IMG/VR virus record: IMGVR_UViG_3300032315_001401
Coordinates: 64,001 to 128,000 of that record
Direction: 5' to 3' (one strand)
Length of the DNA: 64,000 nt
DNA from: a virus
Shown: piece by piece, positions 1 through 7,632 of the stretch
How the letters are laid out: each line of letters opens with the position of its first letter
How positions within the stretch are numbered: position 1 is the first letter of the stretch
Position numbers and translations under genes: made by a program
Notes under the pieces: model-generated
Databases searched by the model: none
Seen by the model: the letters and a program-made list of their open reading frames with translations, nothing else
Told to the model about the DNA's origin: nothing

Positions 1-431
1 TAAGCAGTAAAAGTATCAATGCTTGTGTCAAGTTTATACTCATCTGGCATTGCCCGTGCGAATGAAGTTACATTAGTTAATTTACCTTTTGGAAAAAGAT
101 AGTATGCTTCAATTAGAGTATTCTGGCACGAATGAGTTTTATTATATCTCAATGTGTATTCATCACAAAGATTCAATCCCCACTTAATCAACCAATAAGC
201 ATTATCAACTGTTTTTGCTGCCCATTGGGTGCAAGGATGATTTCTAAAAGCACCCTTTTCTGTGGCATAAGGATTTCCATCTTTCTTATGAAGTAAACCA
301 TAATTATGATACCACTTTGATGCCACGATTGATAGCATTTGGCAGCACTCAAGGGGCATTTTCACTACTAATTTGTCTGGAAGTACAATTGCAGATTCTG
401 CAGGAAATTGATTAGTGACGAATATATTCAT
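1..431 (-). CDS. denV: Pyrimidine-dimer DNA glycosylase/endonuclease V-like protein (3' end truncated by window edge)
   Basis: Not in the ORF track. Manual translation from ATG at 431: MNIFVTNQFPAESAIVLPDKLVVKMPLECCQMLS...AFRNHPCTQWA...HSC. The MNIF..KMPLE..QML and HPCT.W pattern is typical of this family. The start overlaps the upstream stop (ATGA). Confidence 0.75.
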   Translation of the reverse strand, partial: MNIFVTNQFPAESAIVLPDKLVVKMPLECCQMLSIVASKWYHNYGLLHKKDGNPYATEKGAFRNHPCTQWAAKTVDNAYWLIKWGLNLCDEYTLRYNKTHSCQNTLIEAYYLFPKGKLTNVTSFARAMPDEYKLDTSIDTFTA

Positions 432-841
432 CAGAAGCAATACTTGTTTACGTAGTATAGCACCCTTTCCGGTTTATCTTCCAGATAGTATGCTTCAGTT
501 TCATAAACTGGATAAGAATTTTTACTTACCTTAACAGAGCGAACAACATCGTTAAGTTTATATTGATTTAATGTTGCATCAGCAATTTTAAGGGGACCTT
601 TCTTACACGCTTGGGCAACGTGAACTGCTTCGTGATAAACAGTTTCATTTACATAATGATTTACGGGACTGATACTATTCTTGATGTTATTTGTACAAAC
701 TACGAATCGAGGACCATCTATCCCACCGAAAATTTCTTTATTCCTACAATATGCAGAGTTTTCTAGAACTCTATAATTTTTCATCATAATTTTACTCACT
801 AGTTCCTGACTGATGGGCGTCAAATAAAGTAGAAATTCCAT
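431..841 (-). CDS. Hypothetical protein with HExxH (HEAVH) zinc-metallopeptidase-like motif
   Basis: 136-aa ORF with YHEAVHVAQ and a downstream ETEAY; coupled to both neighbours by overlapping stop/start codons. Confidence 0.55.
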   Translation of the reverse strand: MEFLLYLTPISQELVSKIMMKNYRVLENSAYCRNKEIFGGIDGPRFVVCTNNIKNSISPVNHYVNETVYHEAVHVAQACKKGPLKIADATLNQYKLNDVVRSVKVSKNSYPVYETEAYYLEDKPERVLYYVNKYCF

Positions 842-1527
842 TATGCAAAAGTTGAATCGGGTTCCAGAGCAATATAATAGCAGAGATTATACTTGGGATT
901 CGTGAACTGTGACAAAAGTTTTTGCGACACAACTACGTCATAGGCACCAGGAATAATCTTGATGTTTTCCACCTTGAAGTTGAAAGTAAATTCCTTATCA
1001 GTCTCACCAACCACGATGGAATACTCGTTAGAGGTATCGTTTTTCTTATCACGAACCACCAGACGAATTACACCTGCATCACCCACTGCCGACAGGTCAG
1101 GTAGTTGATAAACTGCCGCTGCCTTTAGAAGTTTTTCCAGAGTTACACTTTCAAGTTGGAAACAAACATCTTTAGAAGGAAGTTGAATTTCTTTTTCTGG
1201 AGGAGAAATAATGACATTCGGGTCGGCAAAGAAATACTTCACACGACGCTTACCTTCACGAATAGTAATATGCGAATCTTCGGCAAAATCAAGGTCTGGG
1301 TCCTGATGAAGACTCAAACCATTCAGAAACTGGTTGAGGTCATAAATCGCAAAGTCACGGGGAAACTCTTCAGTAATATCTGCTTCAGCAAGAATATTTT
1401 TTGCAACGGAAATTGTGCGAAGACGATTACCCTGCTTTACAAGAATGGAGTTGTTAATGCCAGCAAAGTTTTTGAGAAGAGCAAGAGTGTTGTCAGAAAG
1501 TTTCATAGTTTGGGGTTTGAGTTTCAC
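841..1527 (-). CDS. gp45: Sliding clamp, DNA polymerase accessory protein
   Basis: MKLSDNTLALLKNFAGINNSIL...FAIYDLNQFL...YYIALEPDS, the T4 gp45 signature. Confidence 0.95.
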   Translation of the reverse strand: MKLKPQTMKLSDNTLALLKNFAGINNSILVKQGNRLRTISVAKNILAEADITEEFPRDFAIYDLNQFLNGLSLHQDPDLDFAEDSHITIREGKRRVKYFFADPNVIISPPEKEIQLPSKDVCFQLESVTLEKLLKAAAVYQLPDLSAVGDAGVIRLVVRDKKNDTSNEYSIVVGETDKEFTFNFKVENIKIIPGAYDVVVSQKLLSQFTNPKYNLCYYIALEPDSTFA

Positions 1528-1901
1528 TTGTTTTCAACTAGATTAAGATGATTAATCAAAAGAATAGTATAGTGCAATACTTTAAACAAGTCAGCACGAG
1601 GAGTTCCTTTTGTGTCATAACGATCAATATACTTGGTCACATTACCTGCACAAAATCCCTCACGGCGATTATGTTTAATTTTATCAAGAGTTTGTTCAGT
1701 TCCACCACCAGTCCTATCGACATAATGCTGACTATAAGTTCCGGAAATATATTCTTCAAGTTGCTTGAGAATTTTGTCTTCGTTATATTTCCAAAAATGA
1801 TTTGAGTTGTCGTTCATAATAGATTCTTTGTCAATTGAAATTTTACCGTCACTATTCAAATACATAGTGAATTCATTCATTGGATAAGGATGCTCGTCCA
1901 T
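1524..1901 (-). CDS. DUF3310-like / T7 gp1.7-like putative nucleotide kinase
   Basis: YSQHY...GFCAGNVTKYIDRY..KG..RADLFKVLHY matches the HY...GN..KY..R...K...DL.K pattern. Confidence 0.6.
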   Translation of the reverse strand: MDEHPYPMNEFTMYLNSDGKISIDKESIMNDNSNHFWKYNEDKILKQLEEYISGTYSQHYVDRTGGGTEQTLDKIKHNRREGFCAGNVTKYIDRYDTKGTPRADLFKVLHYTILLINHLNLVENK

Positions 1902-1906
1902 AATAA

Positions 1907-1934
1907 AAGAGGGAGGTCATAGTTTTACCTCCCC
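1907..1934 (-). terminator. Putative intrinsic terminator downstream of the AAA ATPase
   Basis: GGGAGGT...ACCTCCC stem followed by TCTTTT on the minus strand. Confidence 0.55.
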
Positions 1935-1942
1935 CAATTATA

Positions 1943-3073
1943 TCAGGATTGGGGAGGATAGTCAATGTATTCTGCGGTCAATTCAGGTTGAGAAGGCATT
2001 TTGAAATCAGCATCCACTTTGTCATAAAGTTCCAAGAAAGATTGCTTGGTCTCATCGTCAAAGCGATTCACACACACCTGAATTGCCTTTGCCTTATCTT
2101 GGAAGATACTATAGGCACGGATGATGTGGACCAGACGACGGGTGCTGATGATTTCCTCAATACCACCATCATAGAACGTTTTCCTAATGATATCGGCCCA
2201 ATCAACCAATCGCTTGCAGAAGTCACGGTCTTCCACACCCAAGTCCAGAGCGATGCCTTCCAGAATCTTCTGTTCGGTTGCAGGAGCAGGATATGCTTGC
2301 TCAAAGGTCACAGGGAAACGCTCAAGAAATGCTTCATTAAGAACATTAGTGCCAATGAAACGACCATCATCACTACCCTTACCTTTGGTGTTGGCAGTAG
2401 CAACAACATTAAAACCATCGGCAGGTTTCACGAAACGACCAATCTTCTTCAGGAAGACACCTTTACCTTCCAAAACAGATTGCAGACACAGAATCTTGTT
2501 GGAAGCAAGGTCAATCTCATCCAGAAGCAAAATCGCACCACGCTCCAGTGCCTCAATCACAGGACCATTGTGCCAAGCAGTTTCACCATTCACAAGACGG
2601 AAACCACCAATCAGGTCATCCTCATCAGTCTCAATGGTGATATTAACACGAATCAATTCACGCTTCAGTTGAGCACAAACTTGCTCCACACTGAACGTTT
2701 TACCATTACCCGAAAGACCCGTAATGAACGTAGGATAAAAAAGACGGGACTGAATAATTTTCTTAATATCGTTAAAGTTACCAAACTTGACGAAGGTATC
2801 ATCTTTATCAGGAATAAGGTTTTGTTCAGCGGCAGGAAGCACAGCAGGGGCACTGAAAGAACGCTCAATCTCTTCCACACGCTCTTGAGTCACTTCCAGA
2901 TTCCAACGACCACGAGCAGTCTTGTAATTCTCAAGACGACGAGTCACAGTTTGATAGTTAAGACCACGAGAAGCACAAAAACCTTTCAGGTCACCAGAAG
3001 TGATTTCAGAACCATACAGTTCTTGAATGCTTGCGATAAGTGCTTGATCGTTCACAGAAGACTTGCGAGACAT
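1943..3073 (-). CDS. cobS: MoxR/CobS-like AAA+ ATPase
   Basis: Walker A GLSGNGKT, Walker B LLLDEID, ATANTKG, and LNEAFLERF sensor/Arg finger; conserved in T4-like cyanophages. Confidence 0.85.
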   Translation of the reverse strand: MSRKSSVNDQALIASIQELYGSEITSGDLKGFCASRGLNYQTVTRRLENYKTARGRWNLEVTQERVEEIERSFSAPAVLPAAEQNLIPDKDDTFVKFGNFNDIKKIIQSRLFYPTFITGLSGNGKTFSVEQVCAQLKRELIRVNITIETDEDDLIGGFRLVNGETAWHNGPVIEALERGAILLLDEIDLASNKILCLQSVLEGKGVFLKKIGRFVKPADGFNVVATANTKGKGSDDGRFIGTNVLNEAFLERFPVTFEQAYPAPATEQKILEGIALDLGVEDRDFCKRLVDWADIIRKTFYDGGIEEIISTRRLVHIIRAYSIFQDKAKAIQVCVNRFDDETKQSFLELYDKVDADFKMPSQPELTAEYIDYPPQS

Positions 3074-3106
3074 AATGTAGTTAGGTGGTTTTGTTTAACT
3101 GAAGTT

Positions 3107-3165
3107 ATTATATAAGAAAAAAGGGGGCAGTGGAGTGCCCCCTGTGACAGTTTGGAAATTGGTTC
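3107..3165 (-). promoter_or_regulatory. Dyad + stem-loop + TATAAT early-type promoter cassette upstream of the AAA ATPase
   Basis: GTGACA-N10-TGGTTC (3144-3165), AGGGGGCA/TGCCCCCT hairpin (3122-3143), T-tract, then a -10 TATAAT box (3107-3112). Confidence 0.65.
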
Positions 3166-5305
3166 AAGCAATGAGTTCCACAAACTCTCCAAGAATACGC
3201 TTGTTCATTTTTTTGGATTTCAAACTCTTGACAAAAGCGTTTTTAATCTGCGATTTAGAAGCATCTTCAGAAACAGCAAATTCCGAATCTTGCGAAAGTG
3301 CATTTGCAGAAAGTCCAAAGTAAGTATGATACCCAGACTTTTTAATCGAAAATACTTTTTCTTTCCTCCAAGAACCCATCACCTTATCATAATCCGGACC
3401 ATAATAACCACAGTAACGACGAATGAAAGCACCTGCATCGTGAGATTCGAGCACACGAATACCAATAAAGTTAATATCGGCAAACTTGTCCCTCAAATTA
3501 CGAAGGAAAACATCAGTCATTTGATGCCATTCACATTCCAAAGAATAAGTGTTTCCAGTTTTACGGTCACGCAAGAATGAATTAGTGCCAATATGAGAAG
3601 TGCCCAAATAAGGACCATCTTCCCAATGACGATGCACTTCACGATGATACTTAATGCCACACGATTCACCATCGGTCAAAATCACACACTGAACTTTTTG
3701 AAGTTTGTTTTCCTTTTGAAATTTGGGAAGAATCTGATGAAGGGCAATCATTGATTCATTGAGAGGAGTTCCGGAAAGACTCATACCGAGAGGAGTGGGA
3801 TATGACTGATAGAAATGCCGACCAAAAGAAGTTGCAATACGGAAAATATTCTTCATTTGATTTTCTAGAGTCTTACCATTCACTTTACTGGTGAGAAGAT
3901 TCATCATAGAAAACCACTCACCAACTTGAATCAGTCCATCTTTCTTTTGATAGGCAAGTTCGCGCATATTTGCCCTACCATTTTGGTCATAAGTCACCAA
4001 AGGATAATCGGTTGTGAAAGCATAAACATCAAAAGGAATTGCAACTTTCTTACAGAACCAAACAAGGTTAAAGAGTTGCTTGACCGTATCCAACATCACA
4101 TCACCCATCGAACCAGACCAGTCCAGAACGAATACCAGACCGTGATTCTTACCGGTAGCAAGAGTAGTGACCTTTTTGAAGAGGTCCTCATTGTATTTGT
4201 AAGTATGAAGTTTGGAGCAATCCAAAACACCAGTGCGAGCAGTTGTGGCACGGGCATAGGAATCTGCTGCCTTACGACACTCAAACTCTTTCACAAGATA
4301 ATTGACTTCCTTTTGTGCAGAACGCTTGAATTCTACAAACTGCTTATCAACTTCACCAAAAACATCTTCGTGCTTATAATCACGATCTTGAATAAAAGCA
4401 TCCCAATTTTCTTTACATTTATCATGAATCTCTGCGTTGGAAACAATAATCTTTTTCAGGTCAAGTTGAGGAATTTCCAAATACACATTCTCATATCCAT
4501 CGTTATTGACAAGATCTTTAAGTGCCTCTTCCAGAGACTCCATCGTTTTCACTTCAGGGTCTTCATTCTTTTCACCACCCAATTTTTGAGTGGAATCACC
4601 CATTTCTGGGGTGGTTTCACCAGAAGCAGAACCACCAGATTCGGGTTGGTCATTTTCACCCTGCTGCTGGTCACTGAAATCTGAAGCAGGTTGATTATCT
4701 GCACCACTGTCCTGCGATTCCAGATTATCAAGATTAATTTTAACTTCTTCTTGTTGCTTTTGCTTACAATACTTATAAAGTGCTTCTGATGCAATCAACA
4801 CATCAGCAAAAGTTTCAACATCGGCAATCAGGTTGATAATATCAGTCTCTTCACCACGCTCAATCGGCACATCAACAAAGTTTCCAATCTTAAACCAAAT
4901 GTTTGCACGGTCGGCAAGATTATAAGTTTCCAGATTATCATCTTTGATTTGGAAAAAGTCATCATCGGCAAGTTCCTTATAACCATTGAAGAAGGTCTTT
5001 GCCAGACCAGCATAACGACGCTTCATCAATTTCTCAATGCGAGCATCCTCTACCACATTCACAAACTGTGGAGGAACTTTTACATTTTTAGTCCAGTCCT
5101 CATCAGGGGTATAGAGAGCGTGACCCACCTCGTGACCCACCAGAAGGTCATAGACTGTGTTGCTTGCCTTCTCCCACATCGGCAGAGTCAGCACACGAGT
5201 ATGGACGTTAAAGCAGGCAGTCTCTACCTTCTTGTGCTCAACCACAAGGTCTTCGGTGGCAAGAAGTTTAGCAAGTTGGGACTTGATTTCGTGACGGACA
5301 GACAT
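3164..5305 (-). CDS. CobT-like protein: N-terminal metallopeptidase-like domain plus C-terminal vWA domain
   Basis: HEVGH motif and NVVEDARIE; MIDAS DWSGS, TPL and ILTDGE. Start placed at MSVRHEIK (5305) because the ORF-track start overlaps the -10 box. Confidence 0.8.
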   Translation of the reverse strand: MSVRHEIKSQLAKLLATEDLVVEHKKVETACFNVHTRVLTLPMWEKASNTVYDLLVGHEVGHALYTPDEDWTKNVKVPPQFVNVVEDARIEKLMKRRYAGLAKTFFNGYKELADDDFFQIKDDNLETYNLADRANIWFKIGNFVDVPIERGEETDIINLIADVETFADVLIASEALYKYCKQKQQEEVKINLDNLESQDSGADNQPASDFSDQQQGENDQPESGGSASGETTPEMGDSTQKLGGEKNEDPEVKTMESLEEALKDLVNNDGYENVYLEIPQLDLKKIIVSNAEIHDKCKENWDAFIQDRDYKHEDVFGEVDKQFVEFKRSAQKEVNYLVKEFECRKAADSYARATTARTGVLDCSKLHTYKYNEDLFKKVTTLATGKNHGLVFVLDWSGSMGDVMLDTVKQLFNLVWFCKKVAIPFDVYAFTTDYPLVTYDQNGRANMRELAYQKKDGLIQVGEWFSMMNLLTSKVNGKTLENQMKNIFRIATSFGRHFYQSYPTPLGMSLSGTPLNESMIALHQILPKFQKENKLQKVQCVILTDGESCGIKYHREVHRHWEDGPYLGTSHIGTNSFLRDRKTGNTYSLECEWHQMTDVFLRNLRDKFADINFIGIRVLESHDAGAFIRRYCGYYGPDYDKVMGSWRKEKVFSIKKSGYHTYFGLSANALSQDSEFAVSEDASKSQIKNAFVKSLKSKKMNKRILGEFVELIA

Positions 5306-5326
5306 AGGTTTGATTCGTATGGACCT

Positions 5327-5384
5327 ATCATACAAAAAAAGAGGGTGGTGAGACCCTCTTGTGTGCCAGTTTGAAAAGTGGTCT
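5327..5384 (-). promoter_or_regulatory. Dyad + terminator hairpin + TATGAT promoter cassette
   Basis: GTGCCA-N10-TGGTCT (5363-5384), AAGAGGG/CCCTCTT hairpin with T7 tract, -10-like TATGAT (5327-5332). Confidence 0.65.
5334..5373. repeat. 40-bp direct repeat, copy 1
   Basis: aaaaaaagagggtggtgagaccctcttgtgtgccagtttg is identical to 6308-6347. Confidence 0.95.
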
Positions 5385-6280
5385 CAACCTCTAGTTTTCC
5401 CACCATGCTTTGCAGCAACCGAACGCATTCTGTCTGCTCTGCCATAATCTCTGGTTTCTTTAGTACGATTACCAGAGTCACCAGCAGTTTCTCCAGAGTC
5501 CATAGCATCATAAACTTGTCTATCGACTTTTTTATGAGGGAATTCTTTTTTTCCTTCACCAACAAACTCTTCATTTTTTTGTCCCAGTTTAGCATATGAA
5601 AGACTTCCATGATGTTGGAGGTTTCTATTAAGTTTTTCCCCCTTATCTTCATATTTTTTTTCTGTAGGTTTATCACCTGCTTTCATTGCACTAAATTCTT
5701 TTTTAGAGAATCTTCTAACTTGTTTGGTTACTTTTTCGTATGGGAATGGTTGTTTTGCTTCAACAATACTCTCTCTCCATTCTTCACTCATATTCACCAT
5801 AATGACTTCTGCTTGTTCTTGTGTTTTAGCATATCCTTCATCAAGAAGATGTGAAAGGATGATGTCGTAAATATCTACTTCTTCCTTTGCAGTTGCTACT
5901 GAAGAAGGATAAGAACTTTTCTTATCTTTAGGAACAGATGTTCCTAAAATTGTTCTTCTTACTTGACCAACATCTTTTTTCCAAAATGGATTCTTCTTAA
6001 ATTCGTGCTTCTTACCTTTGGGTTGTTGCCCTCTCTTACTCATTTTTTCTTGAGTAGAAGAAAGATTTGCGTGTCTTGCATATTCGTTTTCACCAGGACC
6101 ACCCTTCTCAAATGATTGAGTATCTGGATTATCTACGCCTAATTGTTTTCTTTTTGCTTCTGATTTTTCTTTGGGAGTATATCCAGAAGGATTGGGATTC
6201 TTTGGGTCATTCCAAGAAACTTTACCCTCAACAACTTCTAGATATGCTTCATGAAGATTGCGAAGTTCTTGTGCGTCCAT
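5384..6280 (-). CDS. Late-expressed, highly charged protein with one acidic repeat module (candidate internal virion protein)
   Basis: 298 aa; module DIYDIILSHLLDEGYAKTQEQAEVIMVNMSEEWRESIVE shared with the 6360-7466 protein; TATAAATA late promoter upstream. Confidence 0.7.
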   Translation of the reverse strand: MDAQELRNLHEAYLEVVEGKVSWNDPKNPNPSGYTPKEKSEAKRKQLGVDNPDTQSFEKGGPGENEYARHANLSSTQEKMSKRGQQPKGKKHEFKKNPFWKKDVGQVRRTILGTSVPKDKKSSYPSSVATAKEEVDIYDIILSHLLDEGYAKTQEQAEVIMVNMSEEWRESIVEAKQPFPYEKVTKQVRRFSKKEFSAMKAGDKPTEKKYEDKGEKLNRNLQHHGSLSYAKLGQKNEEFVGEGKKEFPHKKVDRQVYDAMDSGETAGDSGNRTKETRDYGRADRMRSVAAKHGGKTRG

Positions 6281-6300
6281 TTTTATGAATACTTTTTAGT

Positions 6301-6308
6301 TATTTATA
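6301..6308 (-). promoter_or_regulatory. T4-type late promoter TATAAATA
   Basis: Exact TATAAATA about 20 nt upstream of the ATG at 6280. Confidence 0.8.
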
Positions 6309-6347
6309 AAAAAAGAGGGTGGTGAGACCCTCTTGTGTGCCAGTTTG
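6308..6347. repeat. 40-bp direct repeat, copy 2 (terminator hairpin plus dyad half-site)
   Basis: Identical to 5334-5373. Confidence 0.95.
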
Positions 6348-6359
6348 GAAAGTGCCCTA

Positions 6360-7466
6360 TTAGTTTTCCTCAGCACTCTTAGCAAGTCTTTTACGTCTCT
6401 GCTTTTCTTTTTGCTTAGCATTTAAGACAGCACCCCTTCCACGATTAGCGGATTGATCCCAATCTCTAGGGGGGGTATAGTTAGAACCAAATGCCATTTG
6501 GTTTCTCCTTACACGGTCATCAGTTACACTTGCTTCATCAAGAACTTCTTCAACAATACTCTGCTTCCACTCTTCACTCATATTTGCCATAATAGCAATT
6601 GCTGCCTCATTCGTATCAGCATAACCTTCAGCAACTAAATGCTCAAGGATGTAGTCAAAGAGGTCAAAACTTTCAGCACTTACACCAGTTTTCTTCTGTC
6701 TCTCAAGTTTCTTACCTTTTGGTTTTGATCCAGGAGCACTTGGACCTCCATCAAAATCTCGGTCATAACCAGTATGCCCGTATTCATCTCTTCCTCTTGC
6801 AGTATCTCTAGCTTCCTGGTCCATGTTACGTCTGTCACTACCAACAGGGCTAGGTTCAGAAGATCTTCTACCTCTATTTCCAACATTACGATTAAGAGTT
6901 CTGTAGAAGTTTTTTTCTGCAGATTTTACTTTTTGAGTTTTTTCACCTCTTTTTGAAAATTCACTTGCAGGTGTTTCTCTTCTCTTGTTAGCAAGTTTTC
7001 CATATGCAGCAGTTGCTTTTGGAGTTTGACCATAAGAACCTTCTGCTTCATCAAGAATTTCTTCAACAATACTTTGCGCCCACTCTTCATCCATATTTGC
7101 CATAATAGCGATTGCTGCTTCTAGTGTTTCAGCATAACCTTCGGCAACTAGGTGCTCTAAAATATGCTCAAACATATCTTTTCCACCCTTTTGTGGAACT
7201 TTCCCCCTATCTCTAAGTCTCTCACGACCACCTTCCGCTCTCTCCTCTTTAGAAGCTCCTGGACGGAATTTGCCTAACATCAATCTACCGTGTTTTTCAG
7301 ACTCAGTTTCTGGTCTTCCTCTTTCCTTATCCTCTTTACGCTTTTGTGATTCACGAGAAAGAGCACTCAAACTAGTGTTTCTACCCTCATCAAGTTGCTC
7401 TACTTCTTCTTGAGCATAAATTGAAGCATAAGCCTCATAAAGACCGATAATTTCTTGATCTCTCAT
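6360..7466 (-). CDS. Late-expressed, highly charged protein with two acidic repeat modules (candidate internal virion protein)
   Basis: 368 aa; two copies of F(E/D)xILEHLVAEGYA(E/D)TxEAAIAIMANM(D/S)EEWxQSIVEExLDEA at about 7047-7178 and 6534-6665; late promoter upstream. Confidence 0.7.
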   Translation of the reverse strand: MRDQEIIGLYEAYASIYAQEEVEQLDEGRNTSLSALSRESQKRKEDKERGRPETESEKHGRLMLGKFRPGASKEERAEGGRERLRDRGKVPQKGGKDMFEHILEHLVAEGYAETLEAAIAIMANMDEEWAQSIVEEILDEAEGSYGQTPKATAAYGKLANKRRETPASEFSKRGEKTQKVKSAEKNFYRTLNRNVGNRGRRSSEPSPVGSDRRNMDQEARDTARGRDEYGHTGYDRDFDGGPSAPGSKPKGKKLERQKKTGVSAESFDLFDYILEHLVAEGYADTNEAAIAIMANMSEEWKQSIVEEVLDEASVTDDRVRRNQMAFGSNYTPPRDWDQSANRGRGAVLNAKQKEKQRRKRLAKSAEEN

Positions 7467-7488
7467 TTTTCTAAAAAGACTTTTTAGT

Positions 7489-7496
7489 TATTTATA
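7489..7496 (-). promoter_or_regulatory. T4-type late promoter TATAAATA
   Basis: Exact match about 22 nt upstream of the ATG at 7466. Confidence 0.8.
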
Positions 7497-7632
7497 AAAA
7501 AGAAGAAGCGTCCCCGTGTTGGAGACGCTTCTTGAGTGCTTGGCGACGTGCCTTTGCTTGTCGCAGTGCTTGAGGTTTAAGTTTTCGTTTCTGGGGTTTG
7601 CCAGAGTTGTGTTGCCAGTTTGGGGTGCTCAT
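7492..7632 (-). CDS. Small basic protein (46 aa)
   Basis: Not in the ORF track. MSTPNWQHNSGKPQKRKLKPQALRQAKARRQALKKRLQHGDASSFL; the ATG overlaps the gp46 stop (ATGA). Confidence 0.65.
   Translation of the reverse strand: MSTPNWQHNSGKPQKRKLKPQALRQAKARRQALKKRLQHGDASSFL
7496..7533 (-). terminator. Intrinsic terminator ending the gp47-gp46 unit
   Basis: 10-bp stem AAGAAGCGTC/GACGCTTCTT followed by a T-tract on the minus strand. Confidence 0.7.

Noticed and set aside
1943-3073. Cobalamin-biosynthesis auxiliary metabolic gene
   Set aside because: No CobN or other cob genes in the window; the motifs only show a MoxR-type AAA+ ATPase.
1949-5676. Long plus-strand and alternate-frame ORFs (e.g. 1949-3115, 3926-4684, 5224-5676)
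   Set aside because: Shadows of well-supported minus-strand genes, with no recognisable motifs or expression signals.
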